Of a stretch of 64,000 nucleotides of DNA, positions 52,482 through 64,000 are shown piece after piece; position 1 is the stretch's first letter; the number at the start of each line of letters is the position of its first letter. Both the position numbers and the translations under genes were made by a program. The notes under the pieces were generated by a model. The model searched no databases and was not told the DNA's origin. It saw only the letters and a list, made by a program, of their open reading frames with translations. The stretch covers positions 43,338,001-43,402,000 of the forward strand of contig NC_042998.1 of assembly GCF_006345805.1 (NCBI RefSeq), written 5' to 3'. This DNA is from Octopus sinensis (lineage: Eukaryota).

Positions 52482-53377
52482 CGAGGGAGTACCCAAAAGT
52501 AACCAGAAACGTTCTCTGTGGGATAAGCCCGCTGTTAGAAGCCACTTGATGCGATCCTCAGGCATCAGTATGCCAACCAGCGTCGTCGTGGCAAGTCGTA
52601 CTGCCACGTTGTGCGTCTTTATTTTGTAGTGTTTCTCCCCTGTTCGTCGATTTTTGCGATGGTTGAAACTAAAGAACAGCGTGCTTCTATGACATTCTGT
52701 TTTCTGCTGGGCAAAACGGCGGCTGAAACAGCTGTCATGCTTCAAACAGCTTATAAGGACGCTGAGCAAAACAAGTTTACGAGTGGTTTTCAGGCTTTTG
52801 GAATGAACAACTGTCGTTTGAAGACCAATCTCATTCAAGACGACCGTCGACCTCCCAAACAAATTGAAGCATCATGAAAATTCATGAACTGATCTTGGAG
52901 GATCATCACCGAACAATTGACGAACTTATTGATATGACTGGGGTGTCATGGAGCTCCTGCCAACGAATTTTGAACGAGGAATTGCGAATGAAAAGAGTTG
53001 CAGCAAAATTTGTGCCTCACTTGCTCATGGAAGATCAAAAGTAGTCACAACTGAATGCGTGTCGTGAACTGAAAGAACAATAGGATATTGATCCGGACCT
53101 TTTTTCGAAGGTCATCATTGGTGACGAAAAGTGGAGCTACGGAATTTGCAGATGTGGAAAAGGTGAAGAAAAAAAATTAAAAAAGAAAACGACGGAAGCG
53201 TTCAAAGGCATCACTTTGCAAGGATTCCAGTACCACTTTGCAACAGTGGAAAACGCGTCTGGACCGAATCATTGCCTTAAATGGAAAATACTTTGAAGGT
53301 GATAAAAGTGTAAACGTGTAAAACTAAGTGAAGAAAATAATATTGTAAAATTCCGGTTTCTTTTGGGTATCCCATCG
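52482..53377 (+). mobile_element. Internally deleted mariner DNA transposon
   Basis: TIRs CGAGGGAGTACCCAAAAGTAACCAGAA / TTCCGGTTTCTTTTGGGTATCCCATCG, TA TSD at 52480-81 and 53378-79; transposase EQRA...FCF.LGKTA.E, KFVPHLL, IGDEKW, GKYFEG. Confidence 0.9.
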
Positions 53378-53710
53378 TAATGTACATATACATATGTATA
53401 CACATATACATACATACATTCATTAATGCATGTATACATTCATACATGCATACATGCATGCATACATACGTACATTCATACATGCATGCATGCATACATA
53501 CTTATATTCATACATGCATGCATAAATATATACATACATGCATGCATACATACGGACGTACGTACATACATACGTACATACATACGTACATACATACGTA
53601 CATACGTACATACGTACATACATACATTCATATATACATACATAATACATACATACATACATATATGCACGCATATATACATACATATATGCACACATAC
53701 ATACATATAT

Positions 53711-54016
53711 GCACGTGATCACGTGACCGACCAGACCATCAGATGCTGCTACACATCGCTGGTCATAATGCGTTCGCCTTGCTTTAGCTTTCAAATGACG
53801 CCACCCCGCTGGTTAAGCGAGCAGGCCAACTGACGAAAGAGTGAGAGAAAGAGTGTTGAAAGAGTACAGCAGGGATCACCACCCCCTGCCGGAGCCACGT
53901 GGAGCTTTTAGGTGTTTTCGTTCAATAAACACTCACAACGCCTGGTCTGGGAATCGAAACCGCGATCCTACGACCGCGAGTCCGCTGCCCTAACCACTAG
54001 GCCATTGCGCCTCCAC
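53711..54016 (-). mobile_element. tRNA-headed SINE family 2 (tail type A)
   Basis: Minus-strand head GTGGAGGCGCAATGGCCTAGTGGTTAGG...GGTTTCGATTCCC; sits in (CATA)n. Confidence 0.88.
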
Positions 54017-54396
54017 ACATACATACATACATACATACATACATACATACATACATACATACATACATGCATACATACATACATACATACATACATACAT
54101 ACATACATGCATATACAATCGCATACATAAATATATACACAAATGCATGCGTACATGCATACAAACATGCATGCAAACACGCATACAAACATGCTTACAT
54201 ACACACACACATACGTAATAATTTGGCGATGAGTCAGTAACCGTCCAAAAAAAAAAAAAAGAAAAGAAAAGAAGATGAATGACAAAGAAAGAACGAGGAG
54301 AACAAAGAAACCGTTTAACGTTATCATGCTCCAATCTATACTACGCTTTCTATGCGCCTGAATCTATTGTAGTGACGATATTTCATTGTTGCAGAT

Positions 54397-54629
54397 AAGG
54401 CGGCGAGCTGGCAGAAACGTTAGCGCGTCGAGCGAATTGCTTAGCAGTATTTCGTCTGCCGTTACGTTCTGAGTTCAAATTCCGCCGAAGTCGACTTTGC
54501 CTTTCATCCTTTCGGGGTCGATAAATAAAGTGCCAGTTTCGCACTGGGGTCGATGTAATCGGATTAATCCCTTTGTCTGTCCTTGTTTGTCCCCTCTATG
54601 ATTAGCCCCTTGTGGGCAATAAAGAAATA
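54397..54629 (+). mobile_element. tRNA-headed SINE family 1, full length
   Basis: 20-bp TSD with 2 mismatches at 54377-54396 and 54630-54649. Older or partial copies lie near 1130-1262, 1604-1712, 3990-4200, 18834-18990, 19105-19230, 20492-20665, 31370-31490, 32680-32930, 50505-50730 and 51770-52090. Confidence 0.9.
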
Positions 54630-55699
54630 GATATTTTATTGCTGCAGATGTGTAGATTACTCCAGCCACAGACATAAGAGTATATGGTCCTCAGTTGAGG
54701 GCAGAGGGTCTGTTAGTTAGGTGCCATGCAATCTTACTCGTTAGACACAGATGCTAGACTAGAATACCTTATTTTAAGTGGAGAAAAAGCTTTGAGTGCA
54801 TCAAACTCATTCTCTCATTGCCATCAATTATTCAGCCCAGTGGCAAGATATAACCAACAGAATTGAGTCTATATAAGAACGCAGGAGATTACCAAAAAAA
54901 TTGTTAGAGAAATCTCTCCTCGGTGTACCATTCTAACTGCTTAAAACTATCGTCTGTTACGCCGGCTTACTGTCGTAGTCAAAGTTTTTAAATAATGAAA
55001 TTTAGTAAATCATAGCATTAAAACATGAACATTGAACTACACTAGGTGAAATATAATTATATTACGTTATAGAAACAAGGGCCTGTTATTTCATTCTCTC
55101 ATTACTTTTTAAAGGAACACTTGTTTAATTATGTAAATGCTTTGTAATTAAACTGTCCTTCATTAATTTGGAACTGCTGCTAAATAAAAGGATATATTAA
55201 AAGTGCTTCTACTAATCACTGTCATAAAAACTGTCACCAAGGAATTACCTCCCTTTGACTTACAAATTGTCTCGCTGCTGCAGTTGTTACTGTGACACCT
55301 CAACACTGTGTATACAGATTTGCTACAGTCTTATTTCTTTCCACCTCTTCGTAAAATTCTATTCGGCTGAGCAACTTGAATGCTATACCGACAATTATAA
55401 ATCTGAGTAGGTTTCAGCTTGCAACGTAAAAGTTCTGTTATTTATTTTTTTTTCGTGCAGAGGCGACAAATTTTAATAATGAAAATGAAATGTGTTAGAT
55501 TTTTACATAGAAGTACTTCCTTAGACATAATTTTAACGAGAGTGGCTATGAACTTTTGATGAAGGGGAACAACTAAATAAACTAATAATTAACGGGTTGT
55601 TGTCAGTAGAAAGCAATGCGTCAAAATATCGAGAGGTAAAAATGGGTTTGCATAGGGCCTTCACCACCACTTAGAAAGTTACAGAAGCACCGCTGACTA

Positions 55700-55970
55700 T
55701 CCAAAACCAGAAAGATCTGGGAGAGAAAGGCCCTCCTTCAGGGAAGCATACAATGCGTCAGGCTCTAACCTGGAAATCACAAGGGAGGGTTAAGAAAGAA
55801 TGTCCTCATATAGTCGGTATGGGATACTAAAGCAGATCTGAAAAAGCAGGGATCCGAGTGGAGGGGTGCAGAAACGATAGCCCAGAATCGAGAAGAGAGG
55901 AAAAAAGTCGTCGAAGGTCTATGCTCCATAGAATGCGAAGGGCTTAAGTAAGAAATTAAGTAAATAAGTA
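55700..55970 (+). mobile_element. RTE-type LINE 3' end
   Basis: MRQALTWKSQGR...IAQNREERKKVVEGLCS; TAAG-type tail. Confidence 0.65.
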
Positions 55971-56549
55971 ACTCTGTTGCAAGCATATGGGCACCTGTCT
56001 GGCCCTAGGATTGCTTCCTCTGTACACCACCACCGCTCACAGAAGCCCTGAAAAATTTCATGTGCACATGCATTCTTTCCCTGAATGAATCATAACCCCC
56101 CCCCCCAGTGAATTGTACCCTAAATACATTTCATCACTTTATGTTTGAAAACACGTCCCACTTGCATTTTACTGAGTTAGATAAGATATTGCATTAGCAG
56201 TTACATTTTCTCATAAAGTAGGCACAAGGTTACGAAATCTACGCAAAGAATTTACGAGAAATAAATCACCTAATTAGGTCCTATTCCGATTCATCATGCT
56301 GAATTAATACATTTTGACCATTAAATGTCGATCGCAAATTCAGAAAATTCTATAAACAAATGCCCTTAATTGTTTGTCAATATACACCTTGTTGTTTGTA
56401 ATTATATAAGATGCATAGAGCATTCATATATCTGCTTTATAAAATTCAAGGAGAATGTTGATATTCATGCTGGTAATTAATCTAGTTAAACATGTCACAT
56501 GGAATTTTGCATATTTTATATATGTTTTATATATTTACATATATTTCAG

Positions 56550-56676
56550 AGTGTCAAGACCTAAGTGAAGAATGTTCTGAATTTATAAAAAATTCTCAGC
56601 ATTTCTGTAAAACGAAACAGGACTTCGCATTACAATATTGCTCTAAAAGTTGTAATTTGTGTCATTTACTAAAGGG
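56550..56676 (+). CDS. Exon n: complete ShKT domain
   Basis: TTTCAG|; (E)CQDLSEECSEFIKNSQHFCKTKQDFALQYCSKSCNLCHLLK, 6 Cys spaced x6/x10/x10/x3/x2; GG|GTATGT; phase 1-2. Confidence 0.92.
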
Positions 56677-57415
56677 GTATGTATACATAAAGAACTATTT
56701 CACTGTAACTTTTAGCTAATAAGCTGAAACACAAAGAACATTTCGTTTCTTAATCAATATATTTCTCTACCAATATATTTCACTTTAATAATAGCTGATA
56801 TAAATATTGGTCGGTTGGTTGGTCGACAGAAGAACATTGAAATTGACAAGCAATGGTAGGGGGATGGTAAGGAGGATAGAAGTTACATAGTCGATGGACG
56901 ATTAATACATAACGCACGCTTAAACCTGCACACTCACATACATCTCTACATCACACACGTACACACACACACAGACATTCTCTCACATAGAAACTTCACC
57001 ACAGTTGAAGTATAAGGATAAATATGACAAGTCTTTGGCAGGAGGATGTAAAGAAGCAGTAGAGTTAATCCACACACACATACACACACACACGCACGTA
57101 CACACACAGACACACACACAGATACAGGTGCGCATGAGTGTGTATTACAATATATCTTTAAATCCGTTTTGGATCACTGGATTACCATTAAAGATATTGG
57201 CCTTGTGATCTAAGGATAAGCCATCTTTGTAGATCCTATCCGTTTCTAGGTTATTTTATTTGTTACTTTTAATCTTTTACTTGTTTCAGTCATTGGATTG
57301 CGGCCCTAGTACTTTTTTTTTTTTTAAGCCTGGTACCTATTCTATTGATCTCTTTTGCTAGGTTATAGGGACGAAAGCAAACCAACAGCAGCAATAAAGC
57401 GGCTATGGGAAACAA

Positions 57416-57475
<60 letters not shown>

Positions 57476-58434
57476 ATGTACACAGACCCATACACACACA
57501 CATATATATATATGCACACATACATACACACACACACGCACACACATGACGAGCTTTCATGAACTGAGAACCATGTGGTAAGGAAATAAACTTCTTACCT
57601 TTATCCACACCTATGTCTTAGCTTATATCAGCACCTGCGCCTATTGACGTAAATTGGAAAAGAATCGAATCTGTGCCAGTAGATGTTTGCCAAATATCTA
57701 CAATATATGCAAACGCATACATATATGACTAATTTCTTTAGTTTATTATTTTTCTGTGTAAGAAATAATGGGAAAGGTTATCCGTTGCTTCTTATATTAC
57801 TACCTGATTTCTGGTGAATATGCTTTGGAACCGAACAAATGTAACTCTCATTATATCTATAAGATATAGTTTTGGAGTAATTCCAAATTCCAAGATAGCA
57901 TGGAAATAAAATCACTTGCCGCTTTGTTTGAAAGAAAAATTAAACAAACAAATAATGACATCTTGGATAAATCAAGATTTTTCAGTGTGAACAGATAGAA
58001 AGCTATGATATATGGTTTTACAGTCTTGTCTTTTCTAACGTTGTTGGTGACGTAAGGAATGTGATACAAGCAAAGAGAAGTGGTTTCAAGCAGGAATCGA
58101 AACCTATATTAAGATTACAATCAGTTATGTAGTTAGAGTGCGTACCACCCAGGGAAACTTTTGAATTTGCCGCCTGCAGATTGGAAAGTGCTACATGGGA
58201 CGGAAGCTAGTCCTTGGATGCGCTCATGGTTATGATCCCTTTATACATGAAATTAGGTTTACGCACTTGCTGTTAGCTATGCAAAATATCGATATAAAAC
58301 AATTTGTTTCATCGAAAATTTTAAATAAAATAGCGTCAAACTGATTTCTAAGGGTCTGATTTGTTTATTGGTATCTAAACAACAATAAATTCACTCAAAA
58401 GCGTAGCGTAGTTTAAAATGTTGCAGTTGCTGTT

Positions 58435-58826
58435 GATGATGATGTTGACGCTGAGCGAACGGTTTTCGTCCCAGAGCTCGCAAGATGGAGAGAAGTCCGA
58501 ATCGTGGTCCTTTGCTATTCGTAAGACCCGCAGAAGAGAAAGCAGGTCAACCCCCGACACCGAGAGCAATCGACGGATGGATGAATGTGCATCCAGGCTC
58601 AGCGGTTGCGTAGGAAGTCGGGGACAAGAAACAGGAAGAAAGGGTGAGAGAAAGTTGGAGCGAAAGAGTACAACAGGGGTCGCCACCCCCCACCCCCTGC
58701 CGGAGCCTCGTGGAACTTTAGGTGTTTTCGCTTAATAAACACACACAATGCCCGGTCTGGGAATCGAAACCGTGATCTTCCGACCGCGAGTCTGCTGCCC
58801 TAACCATTGGGCCATTGCGCCTCCAC
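58435..58826 (-). mobile_element. tRNA-headed SINE family 2 (tail type B)
   Basis: Same head and body; 13-bp TSD TGCAGTTGCTGTT at 58422-58434 and 58827-58839; (CAT)n tail. Confidence 0.9.
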
Positions 58827-59423
58827 TGCAGTTGCTGTTCTTATTGATTTGAAAATTTGGCTCTCTAGTTTCTTTTATATCATTTTGTTCTGCTTTTAAA
58901 TTGAACCATATTTTAAGCTTTAGATTTTGATTCCACCATCGATCACAAACGTTTAAAACATCTATCCAAGCATCCACAAACTGTAACTATGTATTACACA
59001 TCTGTGTGTTTGTATGTCGTTATTTAATTTCATTTCAAGTTTTATTGTTAATAGAGAAAGAGCACATTTCTAAGCCTGATCCAAGGCAAACTTCATTCGA
59101 ATTTCATCAACAACAACATGTTTTTATCGCATGTATGTGTGCAATATTTGGAGCTAGTGCATGTGCAAATTTGTATGATTTGATTCATGTATGTATTCTC
59201 ATGCATGTAGTTGCATGCTTAGACATGCGCATATATACTTAAATAGAAAACTTCTGGAAAGTTTTACAAACTTTTACAATTTCGGTGATGACTTGGATTT
59301 AGCCTTCAAATCAGCTTTTCTTGTGTTGAGAAGTCTAATTTCTCAAAAATTGGTACGTAGGTAGTGTGTTACATATCCTAGTGCGCTAAAATTATTGGTA
59401 TAAACCTGATCTTGAAATCCGGA

Positions 59424-59722
59424 TAGTAGAGAAAGGAGGCGGCGTAGAAGAAGAAGAAGAAGAAGAAGAGAAGAAGAAGAAGAAGAAGAAGAAGAAGAAG
59501 AAGAAGAAGAAGAAGAAAATGCAGGAGTGGTATGACTGTAGCTGGATGTTGGTGGAATCCTCTTAAATGGGCAAATGACCTAAAAGTCATGACCTAAAAG
59601 ATATGACCATTTAAGAGGATTCCACCAATATCCTGCTACTGTGATACCACTCCTGCATTTTCTTCTTCTTCTTCTTCTTCTTCTTCTTCTTCTCCTCCTC
59701 CTCCCCCCTCCTTTCTCTACTA
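59424..59722. repeat. About 300-bp palindrome including (GAA)n/(TTC)n arms
   Basis: TAGTAGAGAAAGGAGG-(GAA)n-AATGCAGGAGTGGTAT...ATACCACTCCTGCATT-(TTC)n-CCTCCTTTCTCTACTA. Confidence 0.9.
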
Positions 59723-60047
59723 CTACTGCTGCTTAAATAATCGAAAATAAGAAATCATATCAGACTACCTAGAACCCAACAAGAGTAAAAAACGAGAGAC
59801 AGAGACAGATAGAAAAAAGGAAAATGTCCCTTGCATTTGAAAACTATGGAAATACTTTTTTAAAAGCCATTTCATTTAATTTTTCCACAATTTAATTGTT
59901 TTTCATACTTTACTCTAAGTTGATAAAGTTGCAATGCCTGAAACCGGTACTAAAATGTTCTTCATGATAAAATTACTTTAGCATTTTCTTTCTTGTCTTA
60001 TTTTCCTTATACATATCAACTCGTGTGTTCCTTTTTCACCTTACACA

Positions 60048-60110
<63 letters not shown>

Positions 60111-60483
60111 CACACACATACACACACACACTCTCACACATACACACATAGCTCATTCTCTCCATTACATCGACGTTGTTTAAACATATATACTGTATAC
60201 CACGTGCCAGGTGCCAAAGTGATTGCAGAGCAATGAGATGACGCATTTTGTGCAAGAGCACAAGGCACCAGCCGAGCTAGGAATTGAAAACACGATCTTG
60301 CGATCGTGAGTACAATAGCCTGACCATTAGGCCACACTCTCTCCCTCTCTCTTTTCTCTCTCTCTTCTCTCTCTCTCTCTTTTCTCTCTCTCTCTCACAC
60401 ACACACATCTGCACACCCACTCAGACACACAGATACACAGACACAGACACACACACACAGATACACACACATGCACACACACA

Positions 60484-60524
<41 letters not shown>

Positions 60525-61320
60525 GTGGGTGCGGGATCGTACGTATGCATTTACGTATGTGCGTACCAATGTATACATTTGTGTGCTAGCATCTATGCAT
60601 ACATCTATGCAATTTTGCATCTATTTCACTGCACATGTGCATATGCATACGTATATTAGGCAATGCGAACAAATGTGTGTGTATAATTGTGTGTGTGCGC
60701 GCGTTCGTACTTTCGTGCGTGTGTTTGCGGATAGCGGGTATAATATTGCAATTATAAAAATATACTGTCCAGTTCGTTAGCTACTTGTTGTCAAGGCTAT
60801 TTGACATGCCAATCTCAGAGGCGAATGTTCTACGCCTTTTGTTTTTCCAAAGGAAAGCTATTAGTATTTTTGTCAACATATAATTTGTTCTTTGACATGA
60901 CAAACTGAACACGGTCGTCTTTCATCTGTTTTGAAATGAACCAATGAGAACCATTGTTTTTCATTCCGTTTATTTAAAAATAAAATCATTTTAAGGGTTA
61001 TTGTTTGGATACGCTGTTATGAAAACAAGAGTACTTAAAGTTATTTGATGCACTTATAGTTGTTTTTTATTACTGACATTTCAGTGTTATGTGTGTGTGT
61101 GTGTGTGTATACATATGTGTGTGTGTGTTTGCATATGTGTGTGTGTGTGTGCATTTGTGTGTGTGTGCGAAAGAGAGAGAGAGAGAGACATACACACAGC
61201 GCGCGAGAGAGAAATTTGAGAGCGAAAGATATAGCTAAAGAATTTAAAAACAAAAAAGCAAGCCATATGTAATACGTGGGAAAAGATATAAATAAAATAA
61301 CTGCTCTGTAACTTTTTCAG

Positions 61321-61348
61321 GAATGGAGATGTGGTTGTCTCGGCCTGA
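61321..61348 (+). CDS. Tentative terminal coding exon (GNGDVVVSA*)
   Basis: Good acceptor CTGCTCTGTAACTTTTTCAG|G, and phase 2 gives a short tail with a TGA stop; no homology support. Confidence 0.3.
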
Positions 61349-61849
61349 CGGGAAGAAATATTGAAGAGAAACTGAAAAAACGTCTGTCACCGTTAATACT
61401 GATGATAACGAACATGACAGCGGAGACGGCAATAATGATGACATCAATATTAGGGTCCCAGAAAGGTGACGAAAAACAACAACAACAACAACAACAAAGA
61501 TTTCCCTTAGGACAACATGGATTTAATCAACTCTAGTACGAGAAGTTGCTGAAAAGTTAATTAGTTTTGATTTTATTCAACATATTTTCCTCTCAGATTC
61601 ACAAACTTACTGCAGCAGTCTTTCATTTTTTCTAAGCCCTGTAAAAAGAACTCAGAAGGTTGGGCCTTCAGCCAGGCCTTTCGCGATACCATTAAAATCA
61701 GTAACTTTTCAGCACTCCCTAGTAATGACAATTATAAGGTGGTAGGGGCAGTTTGAGTTCTTTGAACAAAACCATGCCTCCCCACTATTCTGCAACTGCA
61801 TGCTAATATATTTATTATCTAATATTAAAACTTTGTGTTTCTTGTAAAT

Positions 61850-62030
61850 TACCGTATTTTAAAGTGTATAGGGAACCCTTTTTTGTCAAAAATTAGGTTA
61901 AAAAATACGGAAGTTTCTTATACATGGATATTTTAACCCCATAAAAAACCATTTTTCCAAATTTTAAGCACCCCCAAATTAGGGGGGTTCCTTATACACG
62001 CGGGTTCCTTAAACAAGTTAAAGTACGGTA
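61850..62030. mobile_element. MITE with TACCGTA ends (pogo/Tigger-like)
   Basis: TACCGTATTTTAAAGTGTATAGGGAACCC ... GGGTTCCTTAAACAAGTTAAAGTACGGTA. Confidence 0.7.
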
Positions 62031-62167
62031 GATAGTAAACGATGGCCCCGTTTTCATATCTGAAAACAACTTCGGCTGAAATCATTGCTATATCCATATT
62101 GAACTCCTTTCAGCTACAACATAAATTGATCGTTGCTTCAAATTCATCAATCAGGATTTGTTGTCTT

Positions 62168-62200
<33 letters not shown>

Positions 62201-62203
<3 letters not shown>

Positions 62204-62846
62204 AAAATATCATGTACATTAAAACACATTAAAGAGGCTTCCAAATAGGAAAGCCTTTTGCTAGAAAGAGCAGTAGAAAACTCAAACCACTAATTAGGGA
62301 TAAATTCTCGAAAGGAATCAAAATTAAAAACGTTTACCATCTAATTTAGTTCCTAGACCATGGTTTCTGACTAATTTAAGTAAACAAAAAATTTTACTGA
62401 GGCCAGTCTTCATCAGTAGGTAGCCTTTAGATTTTAAATATACACACAACTAGATCCGCATGTAAACTCACTGCCTGCATATTCTAACTTTTCAAATCCA
62501 CTGCGCAGACGCAGTTTATCTCTGGCGACAGAAAGGATGCCGGTAAAATTTCAAACAAATTTATCAAAAAATATTTAAACATAATAAATAATATTAGGGT
62601 AATAAGAATTATAGAAATTATTATTACCAGTGGCCTAGCACAAAAAAATTAGTCAATAGACTATATAATATTCACATAAAAATATCGTGTACATTAAAAC
62701 ACGTAAAGAGGCTTCCAAATAGGAAAGCCTTGTGCAAGAAAGAGCAGTAGAAAATTCAAACCACTAATTGGGAAGAAATTCTCTAAAGGAATGAAAATTA
62801 CAAACGTTTGCCATCTAATTTAGTTCCTAGACCATGGTTTCTGACC
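62201..62846 (+). repeat. Two direct copies of about 170 bp (62201-62371, 62676-62846)
   Basis: AAAGAGGCTTCCAAATAGGAAAGCC...GTTCCTAGACCATGGTTTCTGAC duplicated. Confidence 0.88.
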
Positions 62847-62867
62847 ATGGTTTCTGAGAATTATCCC

Positions 62868-62933
<66 letters not shown>

Positions 62934-63720
62934 AGATTCAGTACTTGAAATCATTTCATATCCATTGTCACACATTGTTTCTACTGTAGATGTGACAATA
63001 TTTAATGTTTCTGCGATTTAAACTTTTCCTCTTGCATTATGCACCTATAAAACATCAAGTTTATTATCCATTGCAATAATTTCACGACTTCTTTTTCTTC
63101 ACTATCAATACCTGCTCTCTTTTCAGCCAATATCTTATATGTTAGTGGTTAAATCCAACAGTCGAGGTGGGCAGACAGACATCCTTGAAACTAAATACTA
63201 AAATAGTTTGAGAGAAGGGAGATATTCTATGTTGCTAAAAGAAAGAAACAAAGTTTATAGCAAGCAAGAGATACTTGAGTGTCATTTCTCATTTAAAATT
63301 ACAAAAATGTACCAGAATGCATCTAGGTTACTGAATCACTTGTCTTTCCACTTCGAAGAGCATACATAGAAGTATCTGCAAGAGGATATACATATATATT
63401 TACTTGACTTTATCGAGTTCCTTAACTCTACATTCATATTGGCATCAAAGGCTATTGACAAGAGGGTTCAGTGAGGCAAGGTCAATCGGTTTTAAATTTC
63501 CAAATCATTACCATACTTGTAATATATTTTGGCTTTAAATTCTTTATCTTTGCTCCATCTACAAAGGAGAACTGCATCTTGAGAACTTTCAGTTTCTTCT
63601 TAAATAGTGATATGGCTAATTTGTTTGCCCCTATTGGGAATATGCATAGGTGTGCAATACTGCCAATAGTCTAGCAGACGCTGGGGGTAACATAGTATAG
63701 CAGCATATATATACTGAGAT

Positions 63721-64000
63721 GTGGAGGCGCAATGTCCCAGTGGTTAGGGTAGCGGACTCGCAGTCATAGGATCGCGGTTTCGATTCCCAGACCGAGCATT
63801 GTGAGTGTTTATTGAGCGAAAACACCTAAAGCTCCACGAGGCTCCGGCAGGGGGTGGTGGTGAACCCTGCTGTACTCTTTCATCACAACTTTCTCTCACT
63901 CTTTCTTCCTGTTTCTGGTGTACCTGTATTTCAGAGGGTCAGCCTTGTCACACTCTGTGTCACGCTGAATCTCCCCGAGAACTACGTTAAGGGTACACGT
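63721..64000 (+). mobile_element. tRNA-headed SINE family 2 (tail type C), cut by window end
   Basis: GTGGAGGCGCAATGTCCCAGTGGTTAGG...GGTTTCGATTCCCAGACC head. Confidence 0.88.

Noticed and set aside
58418-58735. 105-aa ORF with a signal-peptide-like start
   Set aside because: It is the antisense reading of the SINE at 58435-58826 plus its (CAT)n tail
61599-61711. Alternative phase-2 exon candidate (FTNLLQQSFIFSKPCKKNSEGWAF...)
   Set aside because: Open and flanked by AG/GT but with no recognisable domain; cannot be told from chance without RNA-seq
63721-63800. tRNA-like sequences (also at 53940-54016, 58750-58826 and the family 1 heads)
   Set aside because: They continue into a shared SINE body, some have TSDs, and no complete cloverleaf is seen; these are SINE heads, not tRNA genes

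Overview
AT-rich, microsatellite-dense eukaryotic (animal) genomic DNA. The SINE/LINE/Penelope landscape suggests an octopod cephalopod (inference, no search run). One protein-coding gene crosses the whole window on the + strand. I assembled 14 GT-AG exons by hand (1982 nt, 660 codons, no stop, all splice phases compatible), encoding ApeC(apextrin C-terminal) - CUB - Kringle - ShKT-like - Sushi/CCP - C-type lectin - ShKT. The 5' end lies upstream of the window and the last exon is uncertain. The supplied ORF track misses most of this gene; most listed ORFs are microsatellite or transposon artefacts. The introns hold decayed mobile elements: CR1-type LINEs, R4/Dong-type elements in (TAA)n, Penelope-like elements (PLE), a mariner, non-autonomous Helitrons, MITEs and three tRNA-headed SINE families. 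The most striking non-coding signal is at least 5 unrelated small repeat families carrying type I hammerhead-ribozyme folds (about 11 motif copies), several in inverted-repeat arrangements. Ribozyme folds were paired by eye and activity is untested. Boundaries of old repeats are approximate (tens of bp).
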